Source: an archaeon
GTDB taxonomy: Archaea > SpSt-1190 > DYHY01
Direction of reading: 5' to 3'
Assembly (NCBI GenBank): GCA_043803745.1
Contig: JAZDJS010000042.1
Span: 1-18,088 of the forward strand
Length of the DNA: 18,088 nucleotides
Shown: positions 1-8,062 of the stretch, piece by piece
Layout of the letters: every line of letters starts with the position of its first letter
Position numbering within the stretch: the first letter of the stretch is position 1
The notes under the pieces: model-generated
Told to the model about the DNA's origin: nothing
Seen by the model: only the letters and a program-made list of their open reading frames with translations
Database searches by the model: none
Made by a program: the position numbers and the translations under genes

Positions 1-638
1 GGAAAGGAATACTGCCTGCTAAGGACGAGGAATTTCGAGCCCAGCTCCCGGTTGTATTTGATTATTCCCTCGGCGCCAAAATTGTAGCTAATCAGTTCCG
101 GAACTCCCTGAATTTCCTTAAGCACTTCAAATGGCTCAAGGAAGTCGTCCGGATGACCTTCCCTTCTTTCCGTAAAGCCGAAAAGCTCGTACAGAACAGA
201 GATTGTGACCCTTGCGCCAAGGCCCTTTTCTCGAGAGTCGAGGAGAGCGGGGGGTTCCCATCCAAGCACTTTTGCAAGGGGATATTCCGCCAAGGGATAT
301 GCATAGGACGGAAGAGTGGGCGCTCCTTTCAGTTGCTCCGCAATCTGGATGTTTGGCAAAGGCCTCGCGCCATCTCCATCCGCAAGGGAAGTCTCCGAAA
401 GGAGGAAGAGGTCAATGTCCCGATATTCTTCTCCGCCAATGCTCGAGCCTGCTACAATAACTGCCATTTCCCGCGTGTCAATTACGTTGCCCTCTCCAAT
501 ATCAAATCTAGTTCCATTAATCGCTTCAAGAGTCTGATAGATCCGCTCCTGCTCGGCAGGAATTAGCCGGACATACCAGTTTTCCGCTTGGGCGAACTCT
601 TCAGGTGTCAGGTTCCTGAAAACTTTAGAAAGGTTCAT
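1..638 (-). CDS. Pol-beta superfamily nucleotidyltransferase-domain protein (partial, runs off left edge)
   Basis: Absent from the ORF track. Manual translation from ATG 638 is open to the edge (212 codons): MNLSKVFRNLTPEEFAQAENW...MAVIVAGSSIGGEEYRDIDLFLL..., which fits the hGS-x(n)-DhDh NTase signature. Confidence 0.72.
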   Translation of the reverse strand, partial: MNLSKVFRNLTPEEFAQAENWYVRLIPAEQERIYQTLEAINGTRFDIGEGNVIDTREMAVIVAGSSIGGEEYRDIDLFLLSETSLADGDGARPLPNIQIAEQLKGAPTLPSYAYPLAEYPLAKVLGWEPPALLDSREKGLGARVTISVLYELFGFTERREGHPDDFLEPFEVLKEIQGVPELISYNFGAEGIIKYNRELGSKFLVLSRQYSF

Positions 639-680
639 TGACCATTCCAAAGAGGTTCAAAAGTCCTTTTTATGGTTTTC

Positions 681-1061
681 CTAGGATTTGACCGCCACGC
701 CAGTTTCAGGCCCCCTGAGCAGCCGGGCATATTCTGTTTCAATCCGGCCAAGTTCCTCGGCAAATCTCCTTTCAGCATATTGCCGGGGACCTTCTTCCCC
801 TTCCCCGATTCCAGTTGGCAGGCGATTGAGCAAGGTCTCCTTAGCGGAGGTGAGCGCCCTAAGGGCGAACGCATAGCGCTGCTCAAGCGGATAATTCCGG
901 GAATGCAGCTCCCGCGCGGCAGTGTGGCGCGCCTCAAGAAGTTCCTTTGCAAGTTCCTCTTTTCCTTTCCAGCCGTAAGGGGAGGCCTTTCCACGATGCG
1001 AATAAGTTGTGTCATAGCCAGATGCGCAGAGCGGCACCCACAAGCCAGTCCCAACTGCCAT
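681..1061 (-). CDS. hypothetical protein (126 aa, helical, charged)
   Basis: ATG start, TTTAAA TATA-like element at 1083-1088, fills the gap between co-oriented genes; no recognisable motif. Confidence 0.6.
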   Translation of the reverse strand: MAVGTGLWVPLCASGYDTTYSHRGKASPYGWKGKEELAKELLEARHTAARELHSRNYPLEQRYAFALRALTSAKETLLNRLPTGIGEGEEGPRQYAERRFAEELGRIETEYARLLRGPETGVAVKS

Positions 1062-1118
1062 CCGAAGCTAGGTCTAACTAGATTTAAAACAGTTTCCGGA
1101 AAAACCGCCGTTTTTTGC

Positions 1119-1340
1119 TCAGCTAAGCCGGTCCAAATTCGCCCTGACAGTCGCAAGGTCGATCTTTACGAGCTCCATCGAGAGGTCGCGCCAGAGAAGG
1201 AGGACCTGCTCCTTTTTCTGGGGTTCCTCCTCGGGTTCGATAAATTCTCCGAGGGTCTCCCCGAGGGTTTCCCCCAAGGGTTCGAACTCCAGGATAGACC
1301 TATTTATCATCTGTTGTTTCGTTGATTTCGGTGCGGGCAT
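1119..1340 (-). CDS. small acidic hypothetical protein (73 aa)
   Basis: GGTGA Shine-Dalgarno-like sequence 9 nt before ATG; contains an LGET repeat. Confidence 0.5.
   Translation of the reverse strand: MPAPKSTKQQMINRSILEFEPLGETLGETLGEFIEPEEEPQKKEQVLLLWRDLSMELVKIDLATVRANLDRLS
1245..1280. repeat. 3 x 12-nt imperfect tandem repeat (encodes PLGE-TLGE-TLGE)
   Basis: ttctccgagggt / ctccccgagggt / ttcccccaaggg. Confidence 0.7.
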
Positions 1341-1499
1341 TTCTTTTGTTCACCATTCCCGCCGACAGACAAAAACCCTTCTTCACTTTGCTCAAGCTTT
1401 TTCCTCGCCGAGTTCAATCCGAACTCGCGCTCCGCCCCAAACAAGACGATTACTAAGAATAGTTTCACCTATTTATTGGTTGTCCGCCAGATTCCGGTT

Positions 1500-1925
1500 T
1501 TAAGGGAGTTTCCGGCTGGAAAACTTCCGTTTTTTCCCAATCCCCCTGAAGGAAACCGGAAAAAAGTCGATTCCGGCGTTGCTGCAGGCGTTCTGGAGGG
1601 AATAGTCATCGGTCGCAACTGCCGCGCCGGGAAGCTCAAGAGCAAGCTCGAGCGCAAGGGCAAGGACGGAAACGTCCGCTTCCGAAAGCCTCCTGTCGCC
1701 TATCTTTTCCGAAAGCTTCTTCGCCTTTTCGACCGATTCTTTCGATGGGTTTCGGATTTTCACCCTCCCGACCTGGGAAAACCTTGCCGAAGCTTCGGCT
1801 GACCTGAGTTCTCCGGCAACAAGCCCGGTTGTGAAAAGCGCAAATCGCTGAAAATCAGGAAGCTTCCAGGCTTGGATGAAACAGGTCGAGTCAAGGACAA
1901 TCGCTTTCCCGCTCTCGGAAGCCAT
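1500..1925 (-). CDS. nob1: Nob1-like PIN-domain endoribonuclease (no Zn ribbon)
   Basis: IVLDST, VAGELR, GDRRLSEADVSVLALALEL and VATDDYSLQN are Nob1 PIN motifs; start reassigned to ATG 1925. Confidence 0.85.
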   Translation of the reverse strand: MASESGKAIVLDSTCFIQAWKLPDFQRFALFTTGLVAGELRSAEASARFSQVGRVKIRNPSKESVEKAKKLSEKIGDRRLSEADVSVLALALELALELPGAAVATDDYSLQNACSNAGIDFFPVSFRGIGKKRKFSSRKLP

Positions 1926-1974
1926 TCCCGAAAAAAGAGCGCGCGCAGTAATAAGTTTTTTCCCCCGAAACCCG

Positions 1975-2343
1975 CTATTCAAGATAGCCGGGGCAGCCCT
2001 TGCCTATCACGGTATACCTCAGGAAACATCCGCAATCATTGTTGTTGTCAAGCTTCCAGACCACGCAGGTCGGGTCGCGCGCGGGATCGCAGGGGGGCGT
2101 CCTTAGCGCCGGATTCCTGAACTTTTCAAAAGTTTCCTGGCCAATCAGTGCCTTTGTGAAACTGCAGGGCGCAATCAGCGCAAAAGCAACAACCGAGCCG
2201 AAAATAAGGACCCAGATGAAAACGCCGGCAACAATTACGAGCGCAAGAGGAACATCCTTTTTCTCAGCCTGCTTGTAGAGCTGGGTATAGTAATCAGCCT
2301 TGCTCCCCATTCCGAGCGGAACTGCTTGGCCCCTCATTGGCAT
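1975..2343 (-). CDS. single-TM Cys-containing hypothetical protein (paralog of 6009-6374)
   Basis: Hydrophobic segment VPLALVIVAGVFIWVLIFGSVVAFALIAPC; TATA-like CTTAAATA at 2361-2368; motifs shared with 6009-6374. Confidence 0.75.
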   Translation of the reverse strand: MPMRGQAVPLGMGSKADYYTQLYKQAEKKDVPLALVIVAGVFIWVLIFGSVVAFALIAPCSFTKALIGQETFEKFRNPALRTPPCDPARDPTCVVWKLDNNNDCGCFLRYTVIGKGCPGYLE

Positions 2344-2400
2344 GACAGGTTCAGGCCGAATATTTAAGCGTTTTTGGTCAAAACGGGTCGTTTTATCGAG

Positions 2401-2853
2401 TTATGCGCTCCCGAAAAGCAAAAGCCAGAAAAGGAAAACCCCCCTCAGCGGGAGAACGATGTGCCGCCGCGCCCCAGCGCCGAAGAAGGAAAGCAGGCAG
2501 TTTGCAGCAAACAAAGGAAACCAGGGGATGAAGAAGACCGAGAAGATTATCCCCTCAGAAAGCCTGTCCGAATAGAGGTCAACGCAATAGCCGGCTTCTT
2601 CGGATGTCCTGAAAGCTCCCCTCCATTTCCTTGCGACAGCCCCGTCAAGCCCGTCAAGCAATATCGCCGACAGAAGAACGAGGATTCCTACGGTTCTTGA
2701 AATCCCGAAAACCACAACGAAGAGAATGCTTGCCGCAATCGAAAGGAGCGAAAGAATGTTCGGATTGATTTTGGGCAGGGGCAGTTTCCCGACCAGCTTT
2801 TCATAAAACTCCCTGAGGAATTCGATCAGCCAAAGCCGTTTTATAGGTTTCAT
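2401..2853 (-). CDS. CDP-alcohol phosphatidyltransferase family protein
   Basis: NPNILS and DGLDGAVARK...G...DLYSDR (DxxDGxxAR...GxxxDxxxD) motif; ATGA overlap with the upstream stop at 2850-2853. Confidence 0.9.
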   Translation of the reverse strand: MKPIKRLWLIEFLREFYEKLVGKLPLPKINPNILSLLSIAASILFVVVFGISRTVGILVLLSAILLDGLDGAVARKWRGAFRTSEEAGYCVDLYSDRLSEGIIFSVFFIPWFPLFAANCLLSFFGAGARRHIVLPLRGVFLFWLLLFGSA

Positions 2854-3323
2854 CCGAGCCAAAGTAAAAGGAAAGCGCCTCCCGCAGCCAGAGTCATGAG
2901 AATTTCGAAAATCACCTTTTTCCTGATGCTCAAGTGGAGGAAATAAACGAGCTCCCGCGAGAAGGGCCTGAGGGGTCTTGTCTTCCCTGAAGCGAAATCA
3001 ACCGCGAGGTGAAGCACGAAACAGAGCGCCGAAATCTTCGCGACAAGCCCCCAGCCGAGGAAATATGCGGCCAGGAAGAATGCCGAGAAGAGTGTCAGGC
3101 CGAAAAGCTCGTGCAGTTCGGAGTGGGATTCCGGGCCAAGCCGCCGATTGAATTTCGCAAGGAGCCGCCTTTTCCGGATTATGTATGCCAGATGGTCGAT
3201 GTCAATGAATGTCGATGCCGCAAGGATAATGAGAATCTCCTCCCGGGCAACAGGGATGCCGAACGCCCCGGAAACGACAAGATAGTTGAAGAAGAAGTGA
3301 AATAAGGTGTTCACGGGAAGCAA
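2850..3323 (-). CDS. membrane-bound metal-dependent hydrolase (YdjM-like)
   Basis: N-terminal His, FIDIDHL, SHSELHE, LHLAVD...RPLRPFS pattern with several TM segments; TTG start uncertain. Confidence 0.78.
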   Translation of the reverse strand: MLPVNTLFHFFFNYLVVSGAFGIPVAREEILIILAASTFIDIDHLAYIIRKRRLLAKFNRRLGPESHSELHELFGLTLFSAFFLAAYFLGWGLVAKISALCFVLHLAVDFASGKTRPLRPFSRELVYFLHLSIRKKVIFEILMTLAAGGAFLLLWLG

Positions 3324-3431
3324 GAGCGTTCCGGATATTTAGGGATTGCCGTTCGGCAAAGGTTTTTATCGGCGTTCTCAGACTGGCTTGTTCTTAATTA
3401 CCTTTATAAAGTGGTCTTTGCTAAGATATGG

Positions 3432-4094
3432 ATGGCAATCAAAAACTACCGGGACTTGGTTTCCCAAAAGGCAGATTCTGTCAAGCAGGTCCTTTCAGAC
3501 GTTTTTCTTCCGGCTGCGGAAAAGACCGTCCGGGAGGTTGCCTGGAACAAGGTTCTTTCCCTCGGTTTTGAGGAGCGCTTTGGGGAGTGGTCAGCCAACA
3601 CCCGCATGCAAGACCTTGAGCTCCTTTGGGACCGTTCAGCCGATTTCGTGCGCGAGAAATTCCCGTCCGATGAGAATTATTTCGGAAAGAGGTTCGAGGA
3701 ACTTGTTTTTGCGGGATTTGAAGACTACTCTTGCCCGGAAGGGCTTGATTCTACGGAGCTAGGCTTGATTAAAGCAGCCGTCACGGAAAATGCGCAGAGA
3801 ATTACCCGCGACTTTTACAGAGACTCTGGCGCTGCCAATGTCGCGACACAGCTTACAACGAAATATGCCCTCGCATTCGGAATACCTGCAGCAGGCCTCG
3901 CTCTCGGCGGGCTAGTCGCATCTGCGGTTACCAAAAGCTCGCTTCCAGCGGTCTTTTCAGCAGCAATTGTCGGACTGGAAGCGGGACTCTTCCCCAAAAT
4001 GTACGAACCCGATTGGGCAGCCGAGGTTTCTCCGAAAATAAAAGCTTCTGTTGAGAGGACATATCTCACCTCCTCCGAACAACGCAGATATTAG
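3432..4094 (+). CDS. hypothetical protein with C-terminal Gly/Ala-rich membrane hairpin
   Basis: TTTATAAA at 3403-3410 supports ATG 3432; hydrophobic ALAFGIPAAGLALGGLVASAV and LPAVFSAAIVGLEAGLF. Confidence 0.72.
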   Translation: MAIKNYRDLVSQKADSVKQVLSDVFLPAAEKTVREVAWNKVLSLGFEERFGEWSANTRMQDLELLWDRSADFVREKFPSDENYFGKRFEELVFAGFEDYSCPEGLDSTELGLIKAAVTENAQRITRDFYRDSGAANVATQLTTKYALAFGIPAAGLALGGLVASAVTKSSLPAVFSAAIVGLEAGLFPKMYEPDWAAEVSPKIKASVERTYLTSSEQRRY

Positions 4095-4155
4095 ATTCGG
4101 GACACGTCAGGACAAAGTTTTTATACCGCAATTCGGTTCAATTCTCCGAATCACA

Positions 4156-4542
4156 ATGAAACGACAGGGAGAAATCAGGGAAATCAAGAAGGGGTGCTTC
4201 CTAATAGTCGACGATCATCCGTGCAAGATTGTCTCAGTTGACATTTCGGCGCCAGGGAAGCACGGGCATGCCAAGGCGCGCATAGACGGCTTCTCGCTCT
4301 TCGACAACAGCAGGCACTCCTGCATTGCACCCACGCACTCAAAATGCGACATCCCGATAATCGACAAGAGGCAGGCGCAGGTCCTTTCGGTTTCCGGAAG
4401 CTCCGTCCAGCTGATGGATTCCGAGAATTTCGAGACCTTCGACATGGCGCTCCCCGAGGACGAGGTAATCAAGGGCAAAGCAGTTCCCGGCGGAGTAATG
4501 GATTACTGGATTGTGATGGGCAGGCATTTGCTCAAGACCTGA
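4156..4542 (+). CDS. eif5a: translation factor aIF5A
   Basis: Hypusine loop SAPGKHGHAK, IIDKRQAQVLS, VQLMD..FETF; TATA at 4118-4125; start reassigned to ATG 4156. Confidence 0.97.
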   Translation: MKRQGEIREIKKGCFLIVDDHPCKIVSVDISAPGKHGHAKARIDGFSLFDNSRHSCIAPTHSKCDIPIIDKRQAQVLSVSGSSVQLMDSENFETFDMALPEDEVIKGKAVPGGVMDYWIVMGRHLLKT

Positions 4543-4547
4543 GGAAA

Positions 4548-5957
4548 TTACTTGTAAAAAACCGAAGGATCAAAGCCTTCCGAGCGGACAACAACCGGCT
4601 GAAACGCGGCAGGATCCACCCAAAGCTTCGTTGGCCTTTTGTCTCCAAGGAACCACTGAACCTCTATTCCAGAATAGGGCACTTCGAGAAGTTTGGTTTC
4701 GAACTCTCCGCCATTTACTCCAATAAATTCACGAAGACCTAGACCGCCCATTTCTCCGTAAAACAGGTCCGGAAACATACTCCCGAACGCAACCTCGTCC
4801 CGCCTGCATGCGAAAAATCCGATTGAATTGCTTGGCATTTGCCTTTGGACACCATACGTGTATGGACTCATTTCCGCATGGCAAGCGTTCGCGACAATCG
4901 AAACCCCAGGTATTCCAGAGCCGACCAAGTCCCGAATGTCATACTTGTGAATTGAGTATTGGAATTCGTCCGGCGCAAGTTCAAACGAACTCTCCCCTCC
5001 GTGCGTGAAAAAAGCCAAATGAAAAAGCGCCTCATTTCTCCGCGCAGCTTCGGCATAAGACCGTATTGTCCTCTTGACTGCCGCAGGCGTCGCATCCCAA
5101 TTTGCCAGGTGAATTGCCGCATCAGGGCACCTCAAGGGAGATAACCTGCCAAGATGCCTTTTCGCATTGCCTGATTGAAGGCTTTCAGGTTTGCCGGTTT
5201 CCAGGCTCAGGTTGTCAACTGAAACAACAACCGCATATTCCCTCTCCCCCGGCCGCGGAACAATCGGGGCTTCGATCGAAAGCTTGCCCCCGTGAAAGAC
5301 CAGCTCTTCGCCAGTATAAAGAAACACTCCGCCCGAGGAAAACCTCTCTGCTACATACGGGTTTCCTCTTACAAGTTCTGCTAGTTCCCTTAAAATGGTT
5401 GGAACCTTTGCGGGGTCAGCTTCTGGCAAGTTTATCGGGCCTTCGTAGACTGCAACAAGCGGAAATTCCCCGCTAAACGCGGAAGGAATTTCTTCGGCAA
5501 GCAACGCTTCCGGATCGACGAATGCCCCCGTTTCTTTTTCCCTCCGAAGTCTTACAATCCGCCCTCCAGAATTGATGCCGAACGGGTCATTCCTAAGAAA
5601 CTCCATCCCTGAAAGAGCCGTTGCGTATTCCGCAGGCACCAGGTTAACTCCGTTTTCCCCCGTAGTGCGAAGCATTTCCCCGCGGAAAAGGACGGGCTTT
5701 CCGGAAAGAACCCTTTCCCTCAGCGAAAAATAATCAATGTCGGGAACGCCAATTCCACTCCCGTCTGGAGGAACTATGTTTATCGTTCCAGCATGCGCGC
5801 GAACCGCACTGTAGAGCGGGGATGCCCCGTCCTCAAGCGCTTCGACAAGAGCTTCATTTGAAACAGGAACTTCTCCGTCAGGCGTCATTCTGCAGAAAAC
5901 TGAAACTCCGTCAACTGGCTTGATTGTCCAGACGTCCTCAGGGCTCTCTTCAGCCAC
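4548..5957 (-). CDS. putative caspase-like (peptidase C14 / clan CD) protease with unknown N-terminal half
   Basis: YAVVVSVDN, LANWDATPAAV, LAFFTHGG (His319), SIVANACHA (Cys359), FFACRRDEVAF, in metacaspase order; GTG start with TATA at 5979-5986. Confidence 0.75.
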   Translation of the reverse strand: MAEESPEDVWTIKPVDGVSVFCRMTPDGEVPVSNEALVEALEDGASPLYSAVRAHAGTINIVPPDGSGIGVPDIDYFSLRERVLSGKPVLFRGEMLRTTGENGVNLVPAEYATALSGMEFLRNDPFGINSGGRIVRLRREKETGAFVDPEALLAEEIPSAFSGEFPLVAVYEGPINLPEADPAKVPTILRELAELVRGNPYVAERFSSGGVFLYTGEELVFHGGKLSIEAPIVPRPGEREYAVVVSVDNLSLETGKPESLQSGNAKRHLGRLSPLRCPDAAIHLANWDATPAAVKRTIRSYAEAARRNEALFHLAFFTHGGESSFELAPDEFQYSIHKYDIRDLVGSGIPGVSIVANACHAEMSPYTYGVQRQMPSNSIGFFACRRDEVAFGSMFPDLFYGEMGGLGLREFIGVNGGEFETKLLEVPYSGIEVQWFLGDKRPTKLWVDPAAFQPVVVRSEGFDPSVFYK

Positions 5958-6008
5958 CTAAAGAAAAGCAGCGGCTGGTTTAAATAGTTATCTCTCCAAA
6001 GTGGTTAA

Positions 6009-6374
6009 TTATTGGGCTCTTTCAACCGTAACAAGCCCGGGAGTCACGACAGTCAGCCTCAAAAAGTGCCTGCACTGGGCATCGTCAGTGAAATCCATTG
6101 CAAGCCGCTCGGAGAGCGTGTCAAGGGTTTTCTTCTCCCCTATCGTGACTGTGACAAAACTGCAAGGCGCGACTGCCGCATATGAGAAAATGGTCCCGAA
6201 AATCAGGACCCAGATGAGCACTCCGACAAAAAGGACAAAGCCGAACGAGATTTCCTTCTTCTCAGCTGTCGGAGGCGCTGCCCGGGATATCACAAGCTCC
6301 GGAACTCGTTCGGGAACCCCCCCGGGAACCCCCCCGGGAACCCCCCCGGGCTTGTCAGAAGTTTTCTCCGCCAT
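6009..6374 (-). CDS. single-TM hypothetical protein with PGGV repeats (paralog of 1975-2343)
   Basis: AEKKEI...GVLIWVLIFGT...APCSF...IG...C..FLRLTV shared with 1975-2343. Confidence 0.75.
   Translation of the reverse strand: MAEKTSDKPGGVPGGVPGGVPERVPELVISRAAPPTAEKKEISFGFVLFVGVLIWVLIFGTIFSYAAVAPCSFVTVTIGEKKTLDTLSERLAMDFTDDAQCRHFLRLTVVTPGLVTVERAQ
6311..6350. repeat. 3.3 x perfect 12-nt tandem repeat (cgggaacccccc), encodes PGGV
   Basis: Identical units at 6311, 6323 and 6335, plus a partial unit at 6347. Confidence 0.9.
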
Positions 6375-6478
6375 CTCAATCGGCTAGGCGCTCCCGGTAA
6401 AAAAGCTTTTCTTTGAGCCTTTTTTATGCAAAAATTTCCAGAAAACCATTATAAGGTGAGTACTTTCCAGCGGACAAA

Positions 6479-7171
6479 ATGGTGAAATTGAAGTCGGGAG
6501 TTGCGAACGGCGCCTCAAGAATCAGCTTCTACCCGGACGAAGAAACGCTCGTAATAACATTCCCTTCGGCTGCGGAAAGGGCGGTCCTTGACTGGAGCGA
6601 GGAGGATGCTCGAGCCCTTGCGCTTGCTGCGGTGAAGGAAGCATACCGGAGAAGGAAAGCCCTTGGGAACGTCGTTTACGAGAACGTTGTTCCGCTGAGC
6701 CCGATTCCCGCCGAGGTTCCCTCCCAGCTCGTTGAACTCCCTGAAGCAAATGGAGCGGATTCCCCCGCAGGGTTCCAGTTTGCCTTTGGCGGAAAGGTCT
6801 GCGAGCTTGCGGAATACGAGCCGGTTTTCACTTCCGAGACTGAACGCAGGGAACATGTCAACAGGCTTTACAGAGAACGCGAGAGAAAATGCTCGGGGCT
6901 TTTCTTTGGTTCCCTAGGTGCCGGTCTTTTTGCAGGCGTTGCGCTGGCGATTGCTGAAAAGGATGTTGGCTACTTGCCTTTGGGTATGATAGCCGGAGGA
7001 ATGGTCGCCACAGTTATCCGCGACACTTTCTCGTCCGAGCCACGGGAAAATGACCTGAACGTTGCGCGAAGCGATGCCCGCGCGGAAAAGCTCAGGATCG
7101 GGGCGAGAAAACTCGCATCAATTCCCTATCGTGCGCTTTCTCCGGACGGAGCGCGTGGGGGCCAATATTAG
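6479..7171 (+). CDS. hypothetical protein with glycine-zipper-like TM hairpin
   Basis: GLFFGSLGAGLFAGVALAIA and GYLPLGMIAGGMVATVI; GAAAA..TTATAA at 6441-6454 upstream of ATG. Confidence 0.72.
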   Translation: MVKLKSGVANGASRISFYPDEETLVITFPSAAERAVLDWSEEDARALALAAVKEAYRRRKALGNVVYENVVPLSPIPAEVPSQLVELPEANGADSPAGFQFAFGGKVCELAEYEPVFTSETERREHVNRLYRERERKCSGLFFGSLGAGLFAGVALAIAEKDVGYLPLGMIAGGMVATVIRDTFSSEPRENDLNVARSDARAEKLRIGARKLASIPYRALSPDGARGGQY

Positions 7172-7174
7172 CCG

Positions 7175-7198
7175 GGTTCCGGAACCGGTTCCGGAACC
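7175..7198. repeat. 24-bp perfect palindrome (GGTTCCGGAACC x2) between convergent genes; possible terminator
   Basis: Two tandem copies of a self-complementary 12-mer fill the spacer between the stop codons at 7171 and 7198. Confidence 0.8.
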
Positions 7199-8040
7199 TA
7201 GAAGCTTATTTCCTTCTTTCCCTCGCTTTCAACGATTGCCGCGATTTCGACCTTGTCGGAAAGCTCGCTCGATTTTATCTTCTTCATCAGGACCTGCTCG
7301 ATCTGGAAGATTCCGGTCGCATCCCGCATCCTTATCTCAAGGCGGAGGGGCTTTTCCTTTGTCTTTCCCGGGAGTATAGCAACATCCGTTATCGAGCGGG
7401 CGGACATCGTGTGTATCCCGTAATCCCCGAGCTTGTAGGGAACCCGGCTTCTTCCCTCTGTGCAGTCTGTCCCGTCCGCAATCTTCACAACGCTCGCCTC
7501 GACGCCAATCGCCTGGATGTCCTCGTCATGGGCAAGTATTGCATGCAGTATTTCCCCGAGGAGATATGCCCGCGCCCTTTCGTTCTCGGGGTAGGCCTCC
7601 TTCAGCGCGGTTTCGACAATGTCCTTCGCAAGGACGACCGAGAAGAACTCGTGCTTTTCCCGGTGCACCATATTCCCGATGTCGTGGAGATATGCGCCGG
7701 CGAAAACGACAAGGCGCGCCTCGTCCTCCCCGAAAAAGGAAGTGTCCTTCTTTACGCTCGGAACAATCCCCGCTCCCTCGACTATCGAGAGTATTTTCAG
7801 GGCGTTCCCGGTCACAATCAGGGAATGCACCGGTCCGTGGTCGTTGTAGGAAAGCCGCTTCACCGCAAGGATGTTCGCCTGCTCCTGATAGAAGGCAATT
7901 GTCCTGTTCGCCCGCAGGAATTCCGAGAATTTCTTCGCCCGCGGATATTTGGAAAGCTCCTCGTCAATTGTCCTGTTCGCAGCGTCAATCAGGCTTTTCT
8001 TGAAGCTCGGGGTCGCCGCCGAATTTTCAGTTTTTTTCAT
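7198..8040 (-). CDS. HD-superfamily phosphohydrolase (COG3294-like)
   Basis: YNDHGPVH, AYLHDIGNMVHREKH, AILAHDE, ADGTDCTEGRSR, GIHTMSA; start is 8040 or 8049. Confidence 0.88.
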   Translation of the reverse strand: MKKTENSAATPSFKKSLIDAANRTIDEELSKYPRAKKFSEFLRANRTIAFYQEQANILAVKRLSYNDHGPVHSLIVTGNALKILSIVEGAGIVPSVKKDTSFFGEDEARLVVFAGAYLHDIGNMVHREKHEFFSVVLAKDIVETALKEAYPENERARAYLLGEILHAILAHDEDIQAIGVEASVVKIADGTDCTEGRSRVPYKLGDYGIHTMSARSITDVAILPGKTKEKPLRLEIRMRDATGIFQIEQVLMKKIKSSELSDKVEIAAIVESEGKKEISF

Positions 8041-8062
8041 TTGAATCATTTCGTTCTTCCAG

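Noticed and set aside
153-1325. Long + strand ORFs 153-566 and 672-1325 (similarly the antisense ORFs 7411-8109 and 9779-10504)
   Set aside because: Antisense shadows of better-supported genes on the opposite strand.
2300-2343. Class III (pilin) signal peptide in MPMRG-QAV
   Set aside because: No hydrophobic helix directly follows the RG-Q site, and the paralog lacks the motif.
1-5957. NTase plus caspase-like gene as a CBASS-type operon
   Set aside because: About 4 kb apart with housekeeping genes between them; no CD-NTase-specific features or Cap genes visible.
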